A stretch of DNA of 64,000 nt, taken from assembly GCA_963823035.1 (NCBI GenBank), contig CAWGKG010000016.1:1-64000 (forward strand), in the 5' to 3' direction. A model generated the notes under the pieces. The model was not told where the DNA came from, searched no databases, and saw only the letters and a program-made list of their open reading frames with translations. This DNA is from an uncultured Gemmatimonadales bacterium. Its GTDB lineage: Bacteria; Gemmatimonadota; Gemmatimonadetes; Longimicrobiales; Gaopeijiaceae. The position numbers were made by a program, and so were the translations under genes. This document shows positions 28,608 to 38,021 of the stretch, in pieces. Each line of letters starts with the position of its first letter. The stretch's first letter is position 1.

Positions 28608-29756
28608 ATGCAGGGATCGAGCGTGAGGCTGCCCCTCGCGCTGCTGCTGACGACCCAGGTCGTGTGCGGCGCGTGCGGCCCGAAGCCCCCGGAGGCGTCC
28701 GGCGCGGAAGCGGCCGACGGCGCCGGCGTCCCGTCGTTCTCGGTGGACCCGACCTGGCCCGGGGAGATGCCCGACGATTGGATCCTCGGGTCGATCACCG
28801 GCGTGTTCGTGGATGCGCGTGACCACGTCTGGGTGACGCACCTTCCCGAGACGCTGACACCCGAGGAGGCGGCGGCGGTCCAGGATCCTCCCCTCGGCAC
28901 CTGCTGCGTGCCCGCCCCCGCGGTGATCGAGTTCGACGCCGAAGGCAACGTGGTGCAGGGGTGGGGTGAGCCGACGCAGGACATCTCGGTCTATCCGCGC
29001 AACCCGCACGGCGTCTTCGTCGACCACAACGACTTCGTCTGGGTGGGTACGTACATGCACCACCGCGTGATGAAGTTCACCCGCGACGGCCGGTGGATCA
29101 TGACGATCGGCCGCTACGACGAGAACGGCGGGAGCGCCGACACCACCTTGCTCGGAGGTCCCGCCGGGATCTGGGTGGATCCGGAGACGAACGAGGTCTA
29201 CGTCGCGGACGGGTATCGGAACCGGCGGGTGATCGTCTTCGACGGAGAGACCGGCGCGTACCTGCGGCATTGGGGGGCGTACGGGGAGGTGCCGGACGAC
29301 GACGACACGTACGACTACGCCCACCGCACCGAGGACACGCCTCCACCCCGCCAGTTCTCGACGGTGCACGGCCTCGTGGGCTCGAAGGACGGGCTGATCT
29401 ACGTGGCGGACCGAAGGGGCAACCGCATCCAGGTCTTCCGGCACGACGGCTCGTTCGTCGTGGAGAAGACCATCGCCCCGCTCACGAAGGCCTCGGGCTC
29501 GGCCTTCGTCTTCGCGCTGTCCCCCGACCCGGAGCAGCGCTGGCTGTACATGGCCGACGGCACCAACCACAAGGTGTGGATCCTCCGTCGGGCGACGCTG
29601 GAGGTCGTGGGCGCGTTCGGGAAGGGTGGGCACCAGCTCGGCCACTTCCTCCGACCCCACGGCATGGCCGCGGACTCCCACGGAAACCTCTACGTGGGCG
29701 AAGCCTCCACCGGCCGCCGGGTGCAGAAGTTCACCGTATCGGGAGGTGCGCGATGA
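28608..29756 (+). CDS. NHL-repeat lipoprotein (PAL-like beta-propeller)
   Basis: VDPTWP, PHGVFVD, YVADGYRNRRV, YVADRRGNRIQVF, PHGMAADSHGNLYVGE. Confidence 0.85.
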   Translation: MQGSSVRLPLALLLTTQVVCGACGPKPPEASGAEAADGAGVPSFSVDPTWPGEMPDDWILGSITGVFVDARDHVWVTHLPETLTPEEAAAVQDPPLGTCCVPAPAVIEFDAEGNVVQGWGEPTQDISVYPRNPHGVFVDHNDFVWVGTYMHHRVMKFTRDGRWIMTIGRYDENGGSADTTLLGGPAGIWVDPETNEVYVADGYRNRRVIVFDGETGAYLRHWGAYGEVPDDDDTYDYAHRTEDTPPPRQFSTVHGLVGSKDGLIYVADRRGNRIQVFRHDGSFVVEKTIAPLTKASGSAFVFALSPDPEQRWLYMADGTNHKVWILRRATLEVVGAFGKGGHQLGHFLRPHGMAADSHGNLYVGEASTGRRVQKFTVSGGAR

Positions 29757-30232
29757 GGAATCCGTCCCCGCGCCCGGCGGCGCTCGTGGCGGTGCTGGCG
29801 GCCGCGATCGTCACCGTACTCCCGGCCCGCGTGTCCGCGCAGGACGCGAACCCGCGCTTCGGCGTGTGGAAGCTCCGCTCGGAGGCGCCGTCGCCGGCGT
29901 TGAACCTCATGACGTACGAGCCCTGGGGCGAGGGCGGAATGCGCGTGACGGTGGAGTCGACCAACGCCGCCGGCGCGAAGACCACCTGGGGTTACGTCAC
30001 GCTCTTCGATGGCGTCTTCCGCCCGGTGGACGGACGCGAGGGCTCGGAGACGGCCGTCGAGGTCGTGGACGCCCGCACGAACCGGATCACCACCCGACGG
30101 GACGGCAAGGTCGTGCAGGTGATCATCAACACGCTCTCCGAGGGCGGCGATCGTATCGACAACGAGTACCGGAGCACGGCGGGCGACGGCAGCGAGCGGG
30201 TGTCGCGCGCGGTCTACGAGCGCGTCCGCTGA
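29753..30232 (+). CDS. exported lipocalin-like hypothetical protein
   Basis: Signal peptide ending SAQ, FGVWKL start motif, C-terminal AVYER; ATGA overlap. Confidence 0.6.
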   Translation: MRNPSPRPAALVAVLAAAIVTVLPARVSAQDANPRFGVWKLRSEAPSPALNLMTYEPWGEGGMRVTVESTNAAGAKTTWGYVTLFDGVFRPVDGREGSETAVEVVDARTNRITTRRDGKVVQVIINTLSEGGDRIDNEYRSTAGDGSERVSRAVYERVR

Positions 30233-30245
30233 CGCGCGGCCGCGC

Positions 30246-31304
30246 TCACCTGGCGCCCCCCACCAGGCTCTGCGACGCGACCCCGAAGAGGCGGTCCCCG
30301 TCGATGCGCAGCACCACCTGGTAGCGTCCGGGCGGCACCTGCCCGGACGGCGCCCGCCATCGGTCCCATACGCGAAAGCCGCTGGCGTGGGCGATGATCT
30401 CGATCTCCCGGGATACGCGCACGGTCTCCCCGTCGCGTAGCCACTCCAGCTGCACCTGCGCCGGGAGCGCCGAAGGCGCGAACACCTCCACCAGCACCAC
30501 GAGCGACGACCCCACCTCGGTGGCCGAGGCGGGCGAGGGCAGGGTGTCGGTGATCACGAGCGTCTCGCTGTCGATGTCGGGCGCGAAGGTGGCGCGCTCG
30601 AGTCGGATGGGCACGGGCGGCACGAGGCTCGGGAAGCCGAGCGCGACGGTGAGCACCGCGGCCGCGACCAGTCCGAGCGCTGCGCGAGCGCGATGGGTGC
30701 GGGGTACGACACGCAGCGTCAGCGGCACGGTGCCGGCGATCGCAAGGAGGCCCGCCGCCGGCGTCGCGGTTTGCGGTCCGAGACCGAACAGGAGGGGAAG
30801 CAGGAGGTTGAGGGCGGCGAAGGCGACCACGGCGAAGAAGGCGAGCGCGAAGGCGGCGTGGGTTCGCAGCCATCGATCGAAGAGGAGATCGATACAGGAG
30901 AGGAACGCGAGCAGGCCCAGGAGCAGAAGGAACCCGACGTTGGGGGACCGCGGTACGGTCGAGTAGAAGTAGAAGGGGAGGAGAAAGAACAGCGTCTCCT
31001 GATACATGATGCGGGTGAGGTAGGACGTCACCTCATGCACCAGACCGGGCGGGCCGGCCGCGCCCGCGGACTCGTCGTTCTCGCCCCTCGATGCCTCCAC
31101 CGCGCCGCGTCCGAAGAAGAGCGTGGAGGCCCACGTCAGGGCGAGGAAGAGCACGACCCAGAGGACGAGGTGGTAGCGCTCCCGCGCGAAGAGAGCCACC
31201 GTCAGCCCGACGCCGAGCGCCCACACGGTGTGCAGCGTCCAGAAGAGCGTCCGGTGCCGCGCCCAGAAGCCACGGATGCGGTCGAGAAGGCGGGACCGAC
31301 TCAC
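30246..31304 (-). CDS. DUF5924/DUF2914 family membrane protein
   Basis: QETLFFLLPFY membrane region; C-terminal VFAPS...LEW...GFRVW Ig-like domain. Confidence 0.75.
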   Translation of the reverse strand: MSRSRLLDRIRGFWARHRTLFWTLHTVWALGVGLTVALFARERYHLVLWVVLFLALTWASTLFFGRGAVEASRGENDESAGAAGPPGLVHEVTSYLTRIMYQETLFFLLPFYFYSTVPRSPNVGFLLLLGLLAFLSCIDLLFDRWLRTHAAFALAFFAVVAFAALNLLLPLLFGLGPQTATPAAGLLAIAGTVPLTLRVVPRTHRARAALGLVAAAVLTVALGFPSLVPPVPIRLERATFAPDIDSETLVITDTLPSPASATEVGSSLVVLVEVFAPSALPAQVQLEWLRDGETVRVSREIEIIAHASGFRVWDRWRAPSGQVPPGRYQVVLRIDGDRLFGVASQSLVGGAR

Positions 31305-31634
31305 GCGGTCCCCCTGCTCAGAAAGGGTAGGGCGTCTCCCTGTTCCATGAAGCCTCGTCTCTCGGAGGGGCTTTACCGCGGGTGCCCCGGATGAAACCTT
31401 GTGCCGTGCCACGGTCCTTGACCGACCACCCTCTCCCGCTCTCCTGCATGTCTCGAACCAACGCCGCGCGCACCGCCCGGACGGCGACGAGGTCCGGATG
31501 GGAACGTTAGCCTCCCGGCCGGGAGACGGCATGCTCGGCCCCTCGCTCCTCGGACGTACGGTCGCCTCCGGCCGTCGTCGGACCCAGCGCGAGATCGCGC
31601 GCCTCGGCGCCACGCACTACTCCTTGGGGGTCGT

Positions 31635-32486
31635 ATGGCCGTAGGAATCGAGAACGTCTCGGACACGGCTCGGTGGGTCGCCGTCTATCGGGCGATGGAG
31701 ACCGAGCGTCCGGATGCCCACTTCCGGGACCCATGGGCGCGGCGCCTGGCGGGCGTGAAGGGCGAGAACATCGTGGCGGCGCTGCCACGGGGGCGTGGCA
31801 TTGCCTGGCCGATGATCGTGCGCACGCAGGTGTTCGACGAGGTCATCCTCGGCCGGGTGCGTGAGGGTCGGGTGGACATGGTGCTCAACCTCGCGGCCGG
31901 GCTCGATACGCGCGCGTGGAGGCTCGAGCTTCCGGCCGACCTCGACTGGCTGGATGTCGACCTTCCCGGAATCCTCGACCACAAGACGTCCATGATGCAG
32001 GGGGAGACGCCCCGCTGCCGTTACGAGGCCGTGCGGGCGGACCTGACCGACGCGGATCAGCGCGCTGCCGTGCTCGCCCGGGTCGACGACACGCGGCGGG
32101 CGCTCGTCGTGAGCGAGGGCCTCCTGATCTACCTGAGCGAGGAAGACGTGGCCGGACTCGCGCGCGCACTGCACGCTCGGAGCGGTCTGCGCTGGTGGCT
32201 CACCGACCTCGCCAGCCCGGCCCTCCTGAAGATGATGAGCCGGGGGTGGGGGGACGCGGTCGCGCAGGCGGGGGCGCCGTTCCGCTTCGCCCCGGAGGCG
32301 AGCGGCGCGTTCTTCGAGCCGCACGGCTGGCGGGAGATCGAGTGGCACGCCACCTGGGAGGACGCACGACGCCTTCGGCGGGAGATGCGGGGTGCGTGGC
32401 TGTGGCGCTTCCTCGGCCGGTTCGCGTCGAAGGAGAAACGCGGCCAGTGGCATCGCTTCTCCGGGAGCGCTCTCCTCGAGCGCTAG
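31635..32486 (+). CDS. SAM-dependent methyltransferase (LCM family)
   Basis: VSDTARWVAVYRAMETERPDAHFRDPWA, NLAAGLDTR, SEGLLIYL. Confidence 0.92.
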   Translation: MAVGIENVSDTARWVAVYRAMETERPDAHFRDPWARRLAGVKGENIVAALPRGRGIAWPMIVRTQVFDEVILGRVREGRVDMVLNLAAGLDTRAWRLELPADLDWLDVDLPGILDHKTSMMQGETPRCRYEAVRADLTDADQRAAVLARVDDTRRALVVSEGLLIYLSEEDVAGLARALHARSGLRWWLTDLASPALLKMMSRGWGDAVAQAGAPFRFAPEASGAFFEPHGWREIEWHATWEDARRLRREMRGAWLWRFLGRFASKEKRGQWHRFSGSALLER

Positions 32487-32512
32487 GGAAGCTCCCCTTC
32501 TTCTGCGAAGCG

Positions 32513-34093
32513 CTAGTCCCCTGCGACCACGCGGTTGCGTCCTTCGGCCTTGGCCCGGTACAGCGCGTCGTCGGCGGCCTGCAGGAGAGCCTCCGCCGAG
32601 GTCACCGCGCGCCCGACCGTCGCCACGCCCGCGCTGGCCGTGACGTGGAAGCCGGCACCGGAGGGAGCCCGGTGGTGCCCGCCCGCGATCTTGGCGCGGG
32701 CGCGCTCGGCCAACCGCTCCGCGCCGGCGGAGCCGGTCTCGGGGAGGAGGATCGCGAACTCCTCCCCGCCGATGCGCGCCGGGAGGTCGACGTCTCGGCA
32801 CACGGACCGGAGCACGCCCGCCGCCGCGCGCAGCACCTGGTCGCCGCCTGCGTGTCCGTGCGTGTCGTTCACCTGCTTGAAGTGGTCCATGTCCACGAGC
32901 ACGAGGGATAGCGGCCGCTCGTAGCGCTCGGCGCGCTCGATCTCACCCTCGAGCACCTCCATGAAGCGGCGGCGGTTCGCCAGCCCGGTCAGCACGTCCT
33001 CGTTGGCCAGCCGCTTGAGGTCGGCGTTGGCGGAGCGCAGCGCGTTCGTCGTCTGGCGGAGGTCGCGTTGCATCCGCTCCTGGTCGGTCACGTCGCGCAT
33101 GAGCAGGGCGGAGTGGCCGTGCCGCCCGCGCTCGCCGAGGTGCGTCACGGTGACCTCGAACAGCCGCTGCGGTCCTCCCTCGCCCTCCAGCACGTCGACG
33201 GCGAGCGGCTCCTTGCGCACTGCCTCGCTGCGCGACGACGCCCACAAGGTGCCCAGCGCTACCGGGACGTCGCCGTAGGCGCGCAGCCCGAGGATCTTCT
33301 GTGCCGCGCGGTTCGTATCGACGATGCGGCCCCGCCCGTCCAGGACGACGATCGGGTCGGGGAGTCCGTCCATGACCAGCGTGCGTCCCACGGGACCGAG
33401 GTCCAGCATGTGTTGGCGGAGCAGCCCGAGCCCGAGGACGGTCGCACCCACCGCGAAGCCGGCCGGGGTCTGGTCCCGCCAGGCGGCGCCCGGGGTGGTC
33501 GCCAGTTGGACGAGCATCGGCCCCACGGCGCACACCGCCCCCAGCACGACCCACCCGATCTTCCAGGGCGTGCGCGTGCCCAGGAGGTGGTGCGTGAGGA
33601 TCCCCGCCGCCGCGACGACCGCGACGAGCCGGATGCCCAGATGCCCCCAGTGCCACGGCCCGTAGGTCACGCTCAGGCCGAGCGTGCCGCCCAGGTCGGT
33701 CAGCGCGACCTCCCGCACGAGCGCCCCCGGCCAGGCGCCGAGGACCGCGACGCCGACCGTGACGAGGGTGGCGGCGTAGAGGGGCATCAACGGCCACGCG
33801 GTGAGCCGGCCCCGGTGGGCCGAGATCCACGCGAACGCGACCCAAGCGACGGGCGTGAGCGCCGCCGGCACGTAGGCGGCCCGCTCCAGCGCCGCCTTCA
33901 CCTCGAGCGGCGGGCTCATCACCGCGAAGAGCGAGAGGAGCGCCCAGGTCCCGGCGCCGAGCGACGCGGCCATGAGGGCCGTCGCACCATCTTCGCGCCG
34001 GCGCGGCCAGAGATACTCGAGATCCCGAAGGACGACCAGCACGGCGAGGAGGGGGGGCAGCGCCCAGATGGTGAGCTGGATCGACCACGTCAT
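32513..34093 (-). CDS. diguanylate cyclase with N-terminal 7TM sensor and PAS domain
   Basis: About 7 TM, PAS (DPIVVLDGRGRIVDTN), DVLTGLANRR, DMDHFKQVNDTHGH, RDVD I-site, GGEEF. Confidence 0.92.
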   Translation of the reverse strand: MTWSIQLTIWALPPLLAVLVVLRDLEYLWPRRREDGATALMAASLGAGTWALLSLFAVMSPPLEVKAALERAAYVPAALTPVAWVAFAWISAHRGRLTAWPLMPLYAATLVTVGVAVLGAWPGALVREVALTDLGGTLGLSVTYGPWHWGHLGIRLVAVVAAAGILTHHLLGTRTPWKIGWVVLGAVCAVGPMLVQLATTPGAAWRDQTPAGFAVGATVLGLGLLRQHMLDLGPVGRTLVMDGLPDPIVVLDGRGRIVDTNRAAQKILGLRAYGDVPVALGTLWASSRSEAVRKEPLAVDVLEGEGGPQRLFEVTVTHLGERGRHGHSALLMRDVTDQERMQRDLRQTTNALRSANADLKRLANEDVLTGLANRRRFMEVLEGEIERAERYERPLSLVLVDMDHFKQVNDTHGHAGGDQVLRAAAGVLRSVCRDVDLPARIGGEEFAILLPETGSAGAERLAERARAKIAGGHHRAPSGAGFHVTASAGVATVGRAVTSAEALLQAADDALYRAKAEGRNRVVAGD

Positions 34094-34178
34094 GATGAAG
34101 GATCTCCGCGGGCGTGTCCCGGCCGCAACCGGGGCGCCGCGTGGGCGCCGCCGACCGCCGGGAGGGGGAGCGCCGGCG

Positions 34179-34853
34179 TCAGCTGCCTGCCGCCTCCACG
34201 GTCGCGCGCTCGATGCGCGTAAGCTCGGGGAAGCTCGCGTCCAGATAGGGGTTTCCCTGCACCTGCACCTGCGCCTGGTACGGGCCCTCTCCCCGCGGCG
34301 GCCCGTCCCCATACCCGGAGTAGAAGCGATCCACCACGTCCATGCCCTCGACGACCTCGCCGAAGGGGGCGAATCCGCGCTCGTCCAGCGACGCATTGTC
34401 GCGCAGGCTGACGAAGACCTCCGTGGTGCGCGAGTGCGGCCCTCCCTTGGCGAACGCCACACGCCCTCGCCCGTTGGGCCGCACGACGGGGTCGTCGACG
34501 AGCACCTCGTTCTTCCAGGCCATGTTGACGTGCGGGTCGCCGTTCATGCCGAACTGCGCCATGAAGCCGTCGATCACGCGGTAGATGCGCGTGTCGTCGT
34601 AGAAGCCGTTCTTCACGAGGTTGAAGAAGCGGTCTGCGCCGAGCGGCGCCCAGTCGCGGTGCACCTCGATCACGAAGTCGCCCACGGACGTCTCGAAGCG
34701 GGCGCGGAAGGTGGGCGGCGCCGTGTCCGTCAGGCGCTTGGGCGTGTAGAGCGGGTTGATGGCCTCGCGCGGGGAGTCCTCGCGACCGCCACCGGAGCAG
34801 GCGGCGAGCGAGCACGCGAGGACGAGGGAGACGAGCCGACCGGAGCGCATCAC
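34179..34853 (-). CDS. cyclophilin-type peptidyl-prolyl isomerase, lipoprotein
   Basis: LAAC lipobox, DWAPLGADRFFNLV, YRVIDGFMAQFG, GFAPFGEVVEGMDVV. Confidence 0.92.
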   Translation of the reverse strand: MMRSGRLVSLVLACSLAACSGGGREDSPREAINPLYTPKRLTDTAPPTFRARFETSVGDFVIEVHRDWAPLGADRFFNLVKNGFYDDTRIYRVIDGFMAQFGMNGDPHVNMAWKNEVLVDDPVVRPNGRGRVAFAKGGPHSRTTEVFVSLRDNASLDERGFAPFGEVVEGMDVVDRFYSGYGDGPPRGEGPYQAQVQVQGNPYLDASFPELTRIERATVEAAGS

Positions 34854-34871
34854 GGATCCCCTGCTGAGAAG

Positions 34872-34907
34872 ACGGGCCGCCCGCCCCGAGGGGGACGGAC
34901 GGCCCGT
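34872..34907 (-). terminator. putative intrinsic terminator after csp
   Basis: Inverted repeat acgggccg...cggcccgt followed on the minus strand by CTTCT. Confidence 0.55.
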
Positions 34908-34928
34908 TGGGTCATCGACCTGAAACGG

Positions 34929-35135
34929 TCAGACCTTGGTCACGTTCTCGGCCGCGGGGCCCTTCGTGCCCTGCACGACCTCGAACTCCACGCGGTCACC
35001 TTCGGCGAGGGTCCGGAAGCCCTCGGCCTGGATGGCCGAATGGTGGACGAAGCAGTCCTTGCCGCCGCCGTCCGGGGTGATGAATCCAAAACCCTTCTGG
35101 TCGTTGAACCACTTCACGGTTCCTACGGTACGCAT
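34929..35135 (-). CDS. csp: cold-shock protein (CspA family)
   Basis: [18 protein letters not shown]1, [11 protein letters not shown]2, [18 protein letters not shown]. Confidence 0.96.
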   Translation of the reverse strand: MRTVGTVKWFNDQKGFGFITPDGGGKDCFVHHSAIQAEGFRTLAEGDRVEFEVVQGTKGPAAENVTKV

Positions 35136-35444
35136 CCGTACTCCTCCGTAGCGCGTCGTTCGTCGGAGTGCGGACGATCCGTACTTACCGACTTCTGACA
35201 GCCGCGCAGCCTTTGTGACCCCTGCGCCGGGTCCAATGGCACTCAAGCCATCGCCGGAGAAAGTCGTGCATGAGCCGCCCCCGGTCAAGCACTTTCGCAG
35301 GCGGGCTTTCGGTGGAAATGCGTGATGCGTCAGAGGGTTCCGTCGGGAGGGTCGCCGCGACGTCGACCCCCTCCGCGACGTTGCCGCCGCGCCGTGCGGG
35401 TGGCAGTGTGAAGGCCCCTCCCCGGACCCATCGGAGACCGTTCC

Positions 35445-36492
35445 GTGATCGATCTGCGCAGCGATACCGTCACGCTCCCCACCGAGGCCATGCGCGATGC
35501 GATGGCGCGGGCGCCCGTGGGCGACGACGTGTACGGCGAAGACTCCACCGTGAAGGCCCTCGAGCGGCGCGTGGCCGAGTTGCTCGGGAAGGAGGACGCC
35601 GTCTACGTCCCCTCCGGCACCATGTCCAACCAGGTCGCGCTGCGGGCCCATACGGAGCCGGGCGACATGGCGATCATGGACGCCGGCGCCCACATGGCGA
35701 TCAACGAGGGCGGGGGCGCTGCCGCCCTCTCCGGCGTGACGATCTGGCGCGCGAGCCAGGGGGGGATCTTCTCGGCCGCGGACGTCGAGGCCGCTCTGGA
35801 GGTACCCCACCCGTTCAATCCGCCGAACCACGCGCCGCGCGCGCGCCTGGTGTGCGTCGAGCAGACGCACAACGGCGGCGGTGGGGTGGTCTGGCCGCTG
35901 GAGGCGATCCGGTCCGTGGCCGACATGGCGCGGCGCCACGACCTCGGCCTGCACATGGACGGAGCGCGCCTGTGGCACGCTTCGGCCGCCTCCGGAGTGG
36001 CGGAGCGCGACTTCGCCGAGCCCTTCGACACGGTGAGCGTCTGCTTCAGCAAGGGGCTGGGCGCGCCGGTCGGCTCGGCGCTGGCCGGTTCGCGACGCGC
36101 TCGTCACACGCGCGCGCCGCTTCAAGCAGATGTACGGTGGAGGCTTCCGCCAGGCCGGCATCGTCGCCGCGGGGGCCCTGCACGCGCTGGACCATCATCG
36201 TGGCCGTCTCGGCGACGACGTTCGCCGGGCGCGCCGCTTCGCCGAAGCGCTCGCCGGACTCGAGGGTGCGTGCGTGGATCTGTCCCGCGTGCAGAGCAAC
36301 ATCGTCCGCTTCGAGGTCCCGGAGATGGGCGCCGGCGCCTTCGTCGACGCCTGCCACGCCCGCGGCGTGCACATGCTGCCCGGCGGGAGGATGGGCGTGC
36401 GCGCCGTGATGCACCTCGGCATCGGCGACGCGGAGGCCGAGGCCGCCCTCGAGACGATCCGGGCGGTGCTGGCGGTGGCCGGCGGCGCGTGA
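35445..36492 (+). CDS. ltaE: low-specificity L-threonine aldolase (frameshift at about 36100)
   Basis: [38 protein letters not shown]; continues in ORF 36130..36492 (YGGGFRQAG). Confidence 0.9.
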
Positions 36493-37331
36493 GAGCGGTC
36501 GTCCATGCGGACGCGGCGTCCTTCCTGGAACGGGCTCGTCCATGGCTCGAGCGGGCGGAGGACGCGAACAACCTCGTGCTGAGCGTCGCGGAGGCGATCG
36601 CCGCGGCGCCGGCCTCGCCCCAAGGACCCGGCGCGCCCTTCTTCGTCACGGTGGAAGAGGGGTTCGAGGTGGTCGGATGCTCCTTCCGAACGCCGCCGCA
36701 CAAGCTCGTCCTCACTCCGATGCCCGAAGCGGGCGCCCGGCTCGTCGCCGAGGCGGCGGCCATCCGGTGGGCTTCCATTCCGGCCACGCTGGGGCCCGCC
36801 GGCGTGGCCCGCGCCGCGGCGGACGCCTGGGTGGCGCTCCGTGGAGGGCGCAGCGTGGAGGGGATGAAGCAGCGCATTCATCGTCTCGACCGGGTTACAC
36901 CGCCGGACGGTGTGCCGGGGAGGATGAGGCCTGCCCAGGCAGCCGAGCTGCCGCTCGTGGCGGCGTGGGGCGACGGCTTCGCCGCCGACGCCGGTGCCGA
37001 GTTCCGCACCGCTCCGGCGACGCATGAGGCGTGGGTGCGGGCGGGTCGGCTGTTCCTCTGGGAGGATGGCGCTCCCGTCGCGATGTCGGTGGTCAGCGGC
37101 GCAACGGGGCATGGGGCGCGCGTGGGGTACGTCTACACGCCGCCGTCCCACCGACGTCGAGGCTACGCCACGGCGCTCGTGGCGGCGCTCAGCGCGCGCC
37201 TCCTGGACCAGGGCTTCTCCTTCTGCGTCCTGTTCACGGACCTGGCCAACCCCACCTCCAACGCGATCTACGCGCGCGTGGGCTACCGTCCCGTCCTCGA
37301 CGTCGAGGACGTATGGATCGAGGGGACGTAG
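36489..37331 (+). CDS. GNAT N-acetyltransferase (FR47-like)
   Basis: [39 protein letters not shown] overlap with ltaE stop. Confidence 0.9.
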   Translation: MRAVVHADAASFLERARPWLERAEDANNLVLSVAEAIAAAPASPQGPGAPFFVTVEEGFEVVGCSFRTPPHKLVLTPMPEAGARLVAEAAAIRWASIPATLGPAGVARAAADAWVALRGGRSVEGMKQRIHRLDRVTPPDGVPGRMRPAQAAELPLVAAWGDGFAADAGAEFRTAPATHEAWVRAGRLFLWEDGAPVAMSVVSGATGHGARVGYVYTPPSHRRRGYATALVAALSARLLDQGFSFCVLFTDLANPTSNAIYARVGYRPVLDVEDVWIEGT

Positions 37332-37891
37332 CGCGGGACGCGGGCGCTGTAGGCGGCGTACTCCTCCCCGAAGCGTTCGCCCAGCTCACGCTCCTCCAGG
37401 AGGACGAGCGCGTGCAGGGCCGGCAGGCAGAGGAGGCTCACGAGGTACACGCCGACGTAGTTCGCCAGGAGCGCGTAGCCGAAGACCCCGATCGCCACCT
37501 CGACGTAGCGCGGGTGCCGGATCACCGAGTAGGGGCCCTCCGTGAGGAGTCGAGGGGTCTCGTCCGGGCTCAGCTCCGGCACGCCCGCGAGGATGCGGAA
37601 GGTCAGGTGGCGCCTGCGCTTCACCGCCATGAATCCCGACACGACCATGAGCGAGACGCCTGCGCCGATGCGGACCCAGTCCGTGCCGAGGTCCCTTCCC
37701 AGGAGGGGTTCGCGCACGAACCAGAGCCCGACCATGGCGGCCACCATGAGGATGGCCACCGTCCAGAGCGTTCCCTTCACGCCGACGCGGCGCCAGAAGC
37801 CCACGAAGGGGTGGACGACGAACCACCAGACGATCGCGGGCGGCATCCCCACGACGATGAACAGGCCGAAGACGTAGCGGATCGTCGACAC
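37283..37891 (-). CDS. isoprenylcysteine carboxyl methyltransferase / PEMT family membrane protein
   Basis: [37 protein letters not shown]. Confidence 0.9.
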   Translation of the reverse strand: MSTIRYVFGLFIVVGMPPAIVWWFVVHPFVGFWRRVGVKGTLWTVAILMVAAMVGLWFVREPLLGRDLGTDWVRIGAGVSLMVVSGFMAVKRRRHLTFRILAGVPELSPDETPRLLTEGPYSVIRHPRYVEVAIGVFGYALLANYVGVYLVSLLCLPALHALVLLEERELGERFGEEYAAYSARVPRYVPSIHTSSTSRTGR

Positions 37892-37894
37892 GCG

Positions 37895-37932
37895 GACCCT
37901 CCGATTTTAGGTGCCACTAAAATAGAAGGGTC
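37895..37932. promoter_or_regulatory. AT-rich palindrome, candidate DtxR/MntR-family operator or RBS-sequestering hairpin
   Basis: gaccctccgATTTTAG-gtgcca-CTAAAATagaagggtc; 16-bp arms with 2 mismatches in a divergent intergenic region. Confidence 0.55.
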
Positions 37933-38021
37933 GGCGGTCGCGCGGCAACGTCTTGTGCGCGGGCCCGCCAAACCTGACGATGGGGGATTCCCGCGATCGC
38001 CGAATCCGCCATGGAGACTCC

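Noticed and set aside
31305..31634. Possible small gene or ncRNA in the 330-nt divergent gap
   Set aside because: Only short ORFs without motifs and one weak hairpin; nothing I can support.
1..34000. Integron cassette array (many small GNAT/VOC/resistance-like genes)
   Set aside because: No integrase, no repeated attC-like intergenic elements, mixed orientations and overlapping stop/start codons.
35445..37331. Apparent 628-aa threonine aldolase-GNAT fusion
   Set aside because: A frameshift at about 36100 links two genes through a nonsense frame; the real ltaE C-terminus is in ORF 36130..36492.
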